A DNA stretch of 56,439 nucleotides from a virus (lineage: Duplodnaviria; Caudoviricetes): IMG/VR virus record IMGVR_UViG_3300034374_008412, positions 1 to 56,439 of that record, one strand, 5' to 3'. The notes beneath the pieces are model-generated. The model worked only from the letters and a program-made list of their open reading frames with translations. It ran no database searches and had not been told where the DNA came from. Numbering within the stretch: position 1 is the stretch's first letter; each line of letters begins with the position of its first letter. Shown piece after piece: positions 37,248 through 47,000 of the stretch. A program made the translations under genes and the position numbers.

Positions 37248-37688
37248 TTATAGATTTTTGTTAATAATATTGTTTTTAAAATCTCTTACCTTAACTTCTA
37301 TTACATCTAACTTGTCAAGTATTCTTTTATCTTCTTGATGGTTAGAATCTAAATATGTTATTTTCTTTATGTATTTAGAAACAACTGAATCGTGTTTCTT
37401 TAAGATTGATGCTATTCTACCTTGCGAATAACCCAAATGTCCTTTTAACTCAACAGAACAAATTGCAAGGGCATTGGTTTTGTCTAAACTACTTTTGCCC
37501 TTTAGAAGTTCTCTTTTTGACATTGAGAAAGCATTACAAACACTTTCAATAATAAATTCTTGCAATATTATATCTTTGTCTTTTGCAAGATTTCTACTAT
37601 TCTTAATTATCTCTAATGTTTTTTCAATTCCTATCTTATCTATTGTCAATACTAATTCTTCAAGAATTGTAAATTCACTTTTGCTCAT
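37248..37688 (-). CDS. DnaA C-terminal-like HTH DNA-binding protein
   Basis: IIESVCNAFSMSKRELL...LGYSQGRIASILKKHDSVV. Confidence 0.65.
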   Translation of the reverse strand: MSKSEFTILEELVLTIDKIGIEKTLEIIKNSRNLAKDKDIILQEFIIESVCNAFSMSKRELLKGKSSLDKTNALAICSVELKGHLGYSQGRIASILKKHDSVVSKYIKKITYLDSNHQEDKRILDKLDVIEVKVRDFKNNIINKNL

Positions 37689-37741
37689 TATTTTGCATTA
37701 AGAAGGTTTAAATTTATGTTGCAATAAATATACGCATTATT

Positions 37742-38149
37742 TTAAGATAAGTACCAATCAACTATCTTTTTAGCTTCTTCTAAACCAACTGCAAACTCAC
37801 AATAGTAGCCTTTTAATCTTAATCTTTGTTGAATTTCCTCTTGTTCCTGCAAATGTTTATCAGATTTAATACTTCCATCTTGTTTTAAGATTTTAACATC
37901 ATCTTTTTTCAATTCGATAAAACATCCGTGATAACCTTTTTTGGCTTCCATTATCCACATATCGGGCAATCCACGAGAACTACGACATCTTTTTGCAACT
38001 ATTGATTGACCCATTGTTAGTTTAATACCACTACTTTCGGCAGTAAAAATTATATCGGGATAAACACTTTTAATATACTCTGAAAGGTCTATTTGGACTT
38101 TAGTTTCAAAATTTTTACTTGTTGGTTTTCTTCCTGCTTTAGTGTTCAT
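37742..38149 (-). CDS. VRR-NUC / Holliday junction resolvase-like nuclease
   Basis: ETKVQ...GLPDMWI...GCFIELK...QEEIQQRLRLKGY. Confidence 0.8.
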   Translation of the reverse strand: MNTKAGRKPTSKNFETKVQIDLSEYIKSVYPDIIFTAESSGIKLTMGQSIVAKRCRSSRGLPDMWIMEAKKGYHGCFIELKKDDVKILKQDGSIKSDKHLQEQEEIQQRLRLKGYYCEFAVGLEEAKKIVDWYLS

Positions 38150-38295
38150 ATCTTGTGAGAAAAATTATAAAGAATAAAAAAAGCCAATGGCTAAAAGGAG
38201 TAATCTCAACTTCTACCATTGGCTAAAACAAACAATCTTTAAAAGCAACTAATACTCAACACAAATCAAGATTGAAGTTGCTACTAAATTAAGAA

Positions 38296-38721
38296 TTAAA
38301 AGTCAAAGAAACCTATCTTTCCTTTAGATTCTTCTTTAGTAGTTGTTGTTGTTGTTTGAGTAGTAGTTGTTTCAGTAGTTTCCATCGTTGGGGTTGATTC
38401 CACTTTTGGAGTTTCTACAACTTTCTTCTCTACAACTTCTTCTTTTACCTTATTTTGGGTCGGAGTTCTTAATTCTTCCTTTTGTTTAGTTTCTAAATAA
38501 TCCCAAATATCGTTTACAATTTGTTCATCGAGTTGGTCTAATTTAGACTTAACATTAGGAGTAATAATATAATCTCCATTTTCATCTTTCTTACCAAAAC
38601 TTGCAACACTTCTTAATGTAGCTTCAACCTTTTTGATTTTAGCTTGAATGTTGTTTGGTAACTCTGCTTTTGTCAAACCCTTTGTTTGTATTAAGGCTTG
38701 ATATGGTAACATTTTTTCCAT
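38296..38721 (-). CDS. Hypothetical protein with Thr-rich tail
   Basis: 141-aa ORF; TAAATTTG -7 element upstream (38745-38752, - strand). Confidence 0.7.
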   Translation of the reverse strand: MEKMLPYQALIQTKGLTKAELPNNIQAKIKKVEATLRSVASFGKKDENGDYIITPNVKSKLDQLDEQIVNDIWDYLETKQKEELRTPTQNKVKEEVVEKKVVETPKVESTPTMETTETTTTQTTTTTTKEESKGKIGFFDF

Positions 38722-38762
38722 ATTATTTGAATTTTTGGTTTATACAAATTTAAAAAAAAATA

Positions 38763-40535
38763 CTAATTAATTGGACTACCTATTTTAGAATACTCTCTAT
38801 TTTGTGGAAGTTTCATACCACCTTCTTCTATAATATTGTAATTATTATTTCCACCATCAACAATCATATATCCATCAACCTCTTTTTTAATTTCATTAAG
38901 AGCAGATTTACCTTTACTAAAGAAATCATCAATCACTTCTAATGGAACAAACCTTCCCGATTTTTGGTATCTTTTTAAGGCTCTATCAACTATTACATCT
39001 TTAGGTACATTATCAATGTAAACTACATAAATCTTATATCCAAGTTCTTTTAATATTTTGATTAATGGAAGATACGATTTAGTATTGTTCATTGTTCCAT
39101 CATAAATTAAATCGAAATTACAAGGCAAACCAATAGTTCTATCAGACAATAAAGTATTTACAATGTCTTTAGTTTCTAAATGTGTTTGAGATGCGTTCCA
39201 ACCTTCATATTCGGGTAACATAGAACGAACTTCATCAGCATCAATTCTTAATAGTTCTTCGCTTAATAAATAAGGTGCATATTTTTTAAGGAATGTACTT
39301 TTACCACTTGCAGGAGAACCACCCATTAAAATAGCAATAGGTTCATCAGATTCAATACAAACTAAATTGTCTTTAAACTCATTAAGTATTTCTTTATGAA
39401 GTTTTTGTCTTGCAGGAGAATACTTTTTTGTTTTCTCGTTAAAGTGTTTAGACTTTGTTTGCTCCAAAGAATTTACATAATCAGTAAGTTCCTTGATGCT
39501 TTTTCTGTCAATCTTTCTTGTACCATCAGAATCAAACAATTTGTCCTTCATTTCCTTTGACATAATTGTTCCACCTTTTTCGTAGTATTCCGACCAATTA
39601 ATTTTAGTCTTACCACCTTTAGCAAATTCTTCAAACCCTTCTAATTCATTTAATGAAACACCTATTGGTCTTAAACCATAAGGCTCATTATCTAACCCGT
39701 AATCAAAAGTATATCCTGCCGATTCCATTTCTTTAAGGAAGTTCTTACTATCCTTGTAATTATAGTCGCCTTCTATGATTTTAGCTTCGTACTTTGCATA
39801 TATATCACGAGCATCTTTTGGTAACTTTTCGTAGTCCTCAAATAAATCTACCATTCCACCTTTAGCGAAAGAGCCACAAGTAGGGCAAACTTCTCCACCT
39901 TTTGCGTAATAATTACCTTTTCTTTTAGATTTATAGGCTTGTTCCCAAGGTTCTTTGCTCAATCTTCTTGCATCTACCCTTCTTGAATGTGTAGTTCTTC
40001 CACCTTTAGCGAATAAACTTATTCCCGTTCCATCCTCTACCCTAATTGTAGCATTTGGATATTTCTCTTTAAGAACTCTATAATGAGCAGGAATTAATTG
40101 CCAATCTTGAATACTAATAGCTTGTTCTAAAACTTTACGATTATCAGTATCTACTGCAACCACAGAAAAAGGAGCATTATAATTATGTATATCTTTCATA
40201 ATACTTCTTAATCTTCCACCTTTAGCAAAGTTTGTAATATAATCTCTATTAACATTATATTGAGCATTTGAAATAAACCTACTATTCCAATTAGAATTAT
40301 TTAGTCTATATGCTTCATCTTTAGTGTGATTTTGTAAATATTCTACTATATCAGAATCGGGTTTATTAATCTTTTCTCCAATTATTTCAGTCCAACCATT
40401 AGGAAGTACATTAGTTTTTACCTCATACCCCATACGTTCATAGTACGGGATAAAAGGTTCAACTGAAAGTTCGGGATGCAGTCTTTCAAGAACTACACCC
40501 CCTTTTTCAAATCTTTCTTCGTTTAAAATATCCAT
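38763..40535 (-). CDS. Polyvalent/polyprotein-like protein with C-terminal zeta-toxin (PezT-like) kinase
   Basis: ILMGGSPASGKST, RIDADEVR, IYDGTM, RALKRYQKSGRFVP; seven [FY]xKGG motifs in N-terminal half. Confidence 0.8.
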   Translation of the reverse strand: MDILNEERFEKGGVVLERLHPELSVEPFIPYYERMGYEVKTNVLPNGWTEIIGEKINKPDSDIVEYLQNHTKDEAYRLNNSNWNSRFISNAQYNVNRDYITNFAKGGRLRSIMKDIHNYNAPFSVVAVDTDNRKVLEQAISIQDWQLIPAHYRVLKEKYPNATIRVEDGTGISLFAKGGRTTHSRRVDARRLSKEPWEQAYKSKRKGNYYAKGGEVCPTCGSFAKGGMVDLFEDYEKLPKDARDIYAKYEAKIIEGDYNYKDSKNFLKEMESAGYTFDYGLDNEPYGLRPIGVSLNELEGFEEFAKGGKTKINWSEYYEKGGTIMSKEMKDKLFDSDGTRKIDRKSIKELTDYVNSLEQTKSKHFNEKTKKYSPARQKLHKEILNEFKDNLVCIESDEPIAILMGGSPASGKSTFLKKYAPYLLSEELLRIDADEVRSMLPEYEGWNASQTHLETKDIVNTLLSDRTIGLPCNFDLIYDGTMNNTKSYLPLIKILKELGYKIYVVYIDNVPKDVIVDRALKRYQKSGRFVPLEVIDDFFSKGKSALNEIKKEVDGYMIVDGGNNNYNIIEEGGMKLPQNREYSKIGSPIN

Positions 40536-40537
40536 AA

Positions 40538-42616
40538 TTACATATTAAATTCGTTCTTCATAAATTGTGCTTGTCTGCGAGTTCTTTCATCGTAGTAAGA
40601 AGGATTATGTAATACTTGATTCATAAAATCTTCTGTATCTAAACCTCTTGCTTCTGCTTTGCGTGAAAATGAATTTTCAACATTTCCACCTTTAGCAAAT
40701 TTATCTTCATCTATTGCATAATAAATGTCTTCTCCTCTTATATAGTCATCTACACCTTCTTCTCCATATACTGCAACACTATATCCATCTAATTCAATAG
40801 CAGTATCATCATTTTGTCCATTTGAGTAAAGCATATCCATTAATTCTTCAATAGTTTGCTTATCTCTTTTTCCACTTTTTAGTTTTTTAGATAATTCTCT
40901 TGAATTAATTGAATAATTTTCTCCTTGTAATGGCTCATTTTCATCTAACCAATAGATAGCAATATCAATAATATCACTTGATGCAGTTACTCCACCTTTA
41001 GCATAGTAATTACCTTTTCTTTTTGACTTATATGCTTGTTCCCAAGGTTCTTGGCTTAATCTTGCTCTGTCTTTTCTGATTGAACGTAATGAACGAGTTT
41101 TACCACCTTTAGCAAATAAGTGTTCATAGTCTTCAAGCATATCGTATTCTTCTAATACTTCTTTTGCTTTTTCATCACTATCATAAGCAACGTATGAATC
41201 TTGTACTGCATAATAAACATCTGAATCTCTACCCCAATCTTCTGCGATAGCACTTAGAACTTTTCCACCTTTAGCGAATTTTTTACCTTTTAATCTATTT
41301 GAGAAATTATCTTCCATAAAATAGTGTAATGGTGCTTCTTTTACTGAATTATTTAATGCTGAAACCATTAATAAAGCATCTCCTTTACCTTTAACTAAAG
41401 CAACAAACTCTCTGTTATCTTTATTTGGGTTATTAGTATTTGTAACAAAAATGTCATAACCTAATTGTTTATCTACAATTACAGATTTAGTAGAACCACC
41501 TTTAGCAAAGTTAATTCCTGCACTTTCTCTTGCTGACAAAATCATATTTTCAAGACCTTTAAGTGTCTTTTTTCCATAATTAGTTTCTATTTTACCATTA
41601 GAAGAATTTATTGTGAAAATTGACTTTGCAATCGTTTCGGAATCAAATTGAGTATTTGAAATCATATCCGATAAACCTTCAATAGATTTTTTACCTCTTG
41701 ACGTTTGTATTTGACCACTCATCTCATTTGGCTCAAATATAGCTTTAACTATATCTGAATCTACCTCTCCACCTTTAGAATACATAGATGGCTTTCCACC
41801 CATCCAAGGAACTTCGTATGCTTGAACTCCTGCTCCAAGTTCTCCACCATAACCATAATCTCTTAATAAAACGTCAATTTCCTTTCTTAAATTAATTAAG
41901 AACTTTTTTTGGTCGTCTTTCTTGAATCTACCAATTTCATCACTAACAGATTCTATGAATTTAGTAGTAGCAGATATAAGGTCTTCGGTCATATCCTCAA
42001 CCTTTTTCTCAATGATTTCCTCTTTCTTTTTTTCAACTTGCTTTTTAACCTCTGTTGCAGTTTTACCTTGTGGCTTAACAACTTTTTTAGCTTCTCTCTC
42101 TGCTTCTTTTTCTATTTGCTCTACTTCCTTTTTAATTTTTGGAGCAACTTCTTTTGCAGTTGTTTTAGTTGTAGCATCAGCAGTTTTAACATTAGTACCA
42201 TCAATGATTTCATCTTTCTTTTTAAGTTCTGAAACTCTTTCTTTTTGCTCCTTATTTGTTTTAAGTCGCATAGCTTCATACTTGGCAAGAATTTCTTTAC
42301 ATTCCTCTATTGTCTTACCCGTAGCATCTTTAACTTCTGCCTTCTTTTTCTCTCTTTCCTCTTTTGTAGTTTTAGGCTTTGTAGTTCTCTTTGCAGTTGT
42401 CTTTTTTGCAGGACTTTTCTTTGGAGCAGGACTTTTTTTTGCTCCACCAATACTAAACTTTGTTTTTAATCTACCTATCTCTTTTTTCAAGTCTTCATCG
42501 GCATCTTTCTCTAATTTGCCAATCATATCTTTAAGACCTTTCAAGTAAAATTCTCTTTCTTCTCCTTTTTCAGAATCTATTACTTGCTCGAACATTGTTA
42601 AATTTTCTTTGCTCAT
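40538..42616 (-). CDS. Polyprotein-like protein: histone-H1-like basic region plus small modules separated by FAKGG
   Basis: AKKSPAPKKSPAKKTTAK; six [FY]xKGG motifs plus FSIGG and YGYGG. Confidence 0.75.
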   Translation of the reverse strand: MSKENLTMFEQVIDSEKGEEREFYLKGLKDMIGKLEKDADEDLKKEIGRLKTKFSIGGAKKSPAPKKSPAKKTTAKRTTKPKTTKEEREKKKAEVKDATGKTIEECKEILAKYEAMRLKTNKEQKERVSELKKKDEIIDGTNVKTADATTKTTAKEVAPKIKKEVEQIEKEAEREAKKVVKPQGKTATEVKKQVEKKKEEIIEKKVEDMTEDLISATTKFIESVSDEIGRFKKDDQKKFLINLRKEIDVLLRDYGYGGELGAGVQAYEVPWMGGKPSMYSKGGEVDSDIVKAIFEPNEMSGQIQTSRGKKSIEGLSDMISNTQFDSETIAKSIFTINSSNGKIETNYGKKTLKGLENMILSARESAGINFAKGGSTKSVIVDKQLGYDIFVTNTNNPNKDNREFVALVKGKGDALLMVSALNNSVKEAPLHYFMEDNFSNRLKGKKFAKGGKVLSAIAEDWGRDSDVYYAVQDSYVAYDSDEKAKEVLEEYDMLEDYEHLFAKGGKTRSLRSIRKDRARLSQEPWEQAYKSKRKGNYYAKGGVTASSDIIDIAIYWLDENEPLQGENYSINSRELSKKLKSGKRDKQTIEELMDMLYSNGQNDDTAIELDGYSVAVYGEEGVDDYIRGEDIYYAIDEDKFAKGGNVENSFSRKAEARGLDTEDFMNQVLHNPSYYDERTRRQAQFMKNEFNM

Positions 42617-42625
42617 AACTATTGT

Positions 42626-44083
42626 TTATTTATTCATTAAATTTAAAAGTTTTATTTTCTTTTCGATTAGTTCCTTATCTGAACCACTTGCACTTGTAAG
42701 CATTAAAGTTAATACTTTCAGTTTTTTATTAATTATATTATTTGATGGATTAATATTTTCAACAAAAGAAGTTTTATTAATTTCATCTTCTTTACCTAAT
42801 CTGTTTATTAATTGAATAGTGTTTTTATCCACTTCACTTTCAAAAGTTTTTTCAAAAATTTCATCTTCACTTAATTGTTCTCCAAACATATTAGGCTCAA
42901 TGTTTTGCTCCATTGAATTATTATACTTTGATAAAACATTTTTAAGTTTTGTTGAATTTTCTTTTGTAACTGAATTTATAATTAATGCTTTTTTATTTTT
43001 ATGCCCTTCTTTTATATCTCCAAAATCAAATGTTTTTTGTTTGATATAATCTTTTAAAGATATGTTACCATTATTTACTAAATCATTTTGAATTAAAAAT
43101 GAATCGTTTATTGAATCAATTAAACTTCCTTTTGATAAAGACTTATTTTTAATTAATGGTATAATAGCATTAACAATATTTTTAGTATAACTTTTTACTC
43201 CATCATTTTGAGAAATTTCAAGGCTATTTTCATTTAAAACTAAACTTAAAAGTATAGTGTTATACATTATTTTACCTTGCTCTGATAAACTATTTGAAGT
43301 AAATAAAGCAGAAATATCATTTTCAGTTATTAAACCACAATCAAGTAATATTTTTTTGAATCGTGAAACACTACTTACATTATTATATAATTCTGAAACA
43401 ATTTCTTGTTCATTTATCAAATCAATAAGTTGATTTTGACAACCTTCGTTCTTTTGTAATAATTGACTTATCCTAATTGACTTATCAATCTGTTTTTCAG
43501 ACTTTGCCCTACTAACATTATATTTATTTAATTCAGTAGAGTTGTATTCGTTAAAATCTACATCAATTCTAACTAAAATTGGAAACTTGAAATCATTACG
43601 ATTTAGTAAGCGATAAGGGTCTAATGTATTTCCATATCCACCATATCCAAGTTCTCTTAATAATGTTTTTCTATAATTAGCATAGTTTTCGGGATAATCA
43701 CTTTTAGCAAGTTTTAATGACATTACTCGATTATTACCACTAACAACAATACCATCTAAAGATATTATAGGAGTACCACTTGAAGTAGCACTTGTTGATA
43801 TTATAATATTTGGCTCTAAATTTTGAGCAACACTTTGAACTTTAGCTTGTGCATTTTCATCATTTTTGTAGTTCCTATCATTTACATTTCTGCCATTTTT
43901 ATCTACGGGATAGTCTTTTGAATTACTAAACGTTTTTTCATTGTGAGATGCAACTATGCTATCTAATTCACATACTGCAAAATAAGATTTTCTTATCTCA
44001 TTATTACCAATCAACAAAATTCTTTCCCTACCTTTTACGATAGGGAATGAACTAAATTTTTCTATTCTGTAACCTACTCTCAT
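42626..44083 (-). CDS. DdrB-like ParB-superfamily domain protein
   Basis: SIVASHN, NDRNY, GTPIISLDGIVVSGNNRVMSL, PILVR. Confidence 0.7.
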   Translation of the reverse strand: MRVGYRIEKFSSFPIVKGRERILLIGNNEIRKSYFAVCELDSIVASHNEKTFSNSKDYPVDKNGRNVNDRNYKNDENAQAKVQSVAQNLEPNIIISTSATSSGTPIISLDGIVVSGNNRVMSLKLAKSDYPENYANYRKTLLRELGYGGYGNTLDPYRLLNRNDFKFPILVRIDVDFNEYNSTELNKYNVSRAKSEKQIDKSIRISQLLQKNEGCQNQLIDLINEQEIVSELYNNVSSVSRFKKILLDCGLITENDISALFTSNSLSEQGKIMYNTILLSLVLNENSLEISQNDGVKSYTKNIVNAIIPLIKNKSLSKGSLIDSINDSFLIQNDLVNNGNISLKDYIKQKTFDFGDIKEGHKNKKALIINSVTKENSTKLKNVLSKYNNSMEQNIEPNMFGEQLSEDEIFEKTFESEVDKNTIQLINRLGKEDEINKTSFVENINPSNNIINKKLKVLTLMLTSASGSDKELIEKKIKLLNLMNK

Positions 44084-44097
44084 AAATTGCTTATTGA

Positions 44098-47000
44098 TTA
44101 ACTTGCCATTTTCATTAAGTTCAGTAGTTTTATTTTCTTTTCAATTAAGGACTTTTGTTCTCCTTCGGCAGTCATAACCATTAGATTAAGAAGTTTAAGT
44201 TTTTTATCAAAAATTGAAAGTTCCTTAACTTCTTCCTTTTGTTCCTTAATTTCCTTCTTTTGTTCCTTAACAACTTTTTTACCCGTTTTTTCTTCTAAAT
44301 ATTTTTCATCAAAAATATCAAGTAGTTCATTTCCAAGGTAATCGGGATTAGGTTTTGCAAATAATATAGATGCTTCTAAAGGACTTAAAGGTTTATCGCC
44401 TAATTGTTCACGTTCCTTAATTTCAATTTCTGCTTCCTTAATAAGTTCTTCTTCATATTCTTTACCATCTATTGATTTTAATTTATCAGTAAGTAAAGCA
44501 ATATCTTCTCTGAACTTCGTTAGTTTTTCTGTTAATTGGTCTTCATTTTTAATACCTAAAGGAATTAAATACTTTTTCCAATATTCATCATTTTCACGAA
44601 CCCATCTCGACCACTCTAATCCATAGTAATTGCCTTTTAAGTATTCATCAGTAAAGTAGTCTTTTACTTTAGCAAATGAATTGAATGATTCTATAACTTT
44701 TTCTTTATTCCAAAAACTTAATAGAGGTTTAAAAGGGGTTTCATAATAATCTTTTCCGAAGAAATTTAAACTTTTATAATCAGTATCTAAATTATATCTC
44801 AAACTTTCTGCCCAATCAAATACATCTCTTAATTCTTCAATAGATTTTTTTGAACCTAATTTTAATTCTTTACCACTTAAATCAAAATTGTCTAAAACAA
44901 CAATAGGATTATCTAATGATTCCATATTGTTTTCGTTTAATGTAATATCTTCGGCAACATTATCTCCACCTAAGTCTATATCATAGCTACGCATCTCTGC
45001 ACTCGCACTTGGATTAAGCACTTCTAAAATAACTCCTTCTTTATCTCCTCTACGAGTTGAAAATTTTACTTTTTCCCCTACCTCAAATTTTGGTAATGGT
45101 TTATTCTTTTCTTCCTTCCATCCCGTTTTATAACCTCTTGGATATTCAATAATTGCATCCTTTCTAAATACATTCATTAATTCAGTTAAGTCTTCAAATG
45201 AATAATTTAACGCATCGGGGTTTACTCTTAATTGTCTTCCCTCTTGTAAAGAAGTAGGTCTAAATAATAAATCTTCATCTCTTACTAAAGGTTTGTCAAT
45301 TAAACTCGGTCTAAAAAAGTTAAGGAAGTTCCAAACTGCTTGAAGTGGATTAGATGTTCTATATCTATTATTATAATTTTTTAAATCGTTGTATTTATCA
45401 ATTATGTTTCCACTAATCTTTCTAACCTCACGCATACCATTATATTCAGTTGTTTGTTCAGTTAGCTTTTCAGTAATTTCTTTAACCTTTTCTTTTTTAA
45501 TTAAATCGGCTATTTGTTTCGGGTTTCGTGAAACTTGCCTTGTCATTTCTTCGGGGTCGAAATCATCTAAATCAAATTCATTTTTACCATCACGTTCCCA
45601 AATTTGATTAATCCTTCCCGTTTTCTCCTGCAACTTTGAATAAATAAAGGCATCTAAACTATTTTCAAGTAATGGAATAACTATACGAACATTAGCAAAT
45701 GCGTTCTTTTGTCGCCATATACGACCTTCTAATTGTGTCATATCAGTAGGATTCCAATCTACCTCACAAACGTAAAGACAAGTAGAATAGAATTGTAAGT
45801 TTACACCTTCTTTAATTGAATTTGAACCAACTAATACTTTTATTCTATCTTCATCGGGTATAGATACATATTTAGGGTTTTTTGGGTCTGTAATATCCAA
45901 TCTTCTACCTAAGAAAGCATCTTGAACTGCATCTTTTCCTTTTTGTTTCTTTTTACCAATAAAGTTTTCAGAAGCAATAATACCTACTTCGTGTTCTTTT
46001 AAACCTAAATATTCAACGCAATAATCAGTTATTAAGTTAAAACAATTTGTTCCTTTAGTCATAAAAATAACTTGACCCGACATAGGAGTTTTTGTTTTTT
46101 CGTGATGCTCTTTTACACTTTTAATACATTCTATTGCATATTCAATTTTTGGACTGCTTTGAACAAACTCGGCAGGAGTAGGGTCTTTATCATACGGAGC
46201 AAAACGATAGAAATAAGGAGATAAAGCAATAGTTCTACCATAAGTTAATGCAAATACACTTCGTATTCCTCCTGCGTTATAATCTGCTCTATTACCTTCT
46301 TCTGCATCTTTTTGTGCTTTTTTAAGCATCGCTTTGATACTACCACATTTTGTATTGTTCCAATACTCTTGGTCGGATAATTGCTCATAAGTCATTTTTC
46401 CCTCTCCGTATGATTCCAATCTTTGCCATAGTTCTTGTTGCTCTCCACTCATTTTAAGCAAAGTAGTAACTTGATTAGAATCTGAAACTTTTATGTTTTC
46501 TTCTCCTATTCTTTTATCCCATAATGGGAGTACAACCTTATTAGGTCTTCTAACCTTTGATGCTTCTTCTTCTTTTGTAGGTTTATCAATTAACGAGTAA
46601 ATTAAACCCTGCATAGCAACCACATTTCTAAAACCTTTTACAACTTGTTTATTAATAGGTTGTAGTGTTGTTGTTACTGCACTTATTGTTCCAATATCAG
46701 CAAAGAAATCAAAGAAATCTGCCATACTTCCAAAACCATTAGCTTTAAGGAAATCGTATCTAACTAAAGATAACATCGCATAAATCTCTAACGGAGTATT
46801 TGTAAATGGAGTAGCAGTAAGCAATAAGCAGTTTCCGTTAGGACTTTTCATTTGAACATATTGAGCAATAGAAAATAATTTAATCGCTTCAATAGATACA
46901 CTTCCCGTAATTGTATAACCACTTGACTTTTCTCTTTTCCCCGTTTCTTCATTTATTCTTGCTTTAACGGATGCAAATAAGTTTTTATAATTATGTGCTT

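Noticed and set aside
38763-42616. Recurrent CCACCTTTAGC DNA repeat as a CRISPR array or DGR-type repeat
   Set aside because: The repeat is only ~11 nt, irregularly spaced, in frame and synonymously variable, so it is a protein motif. No cas operon or reverse transcriptase is present.
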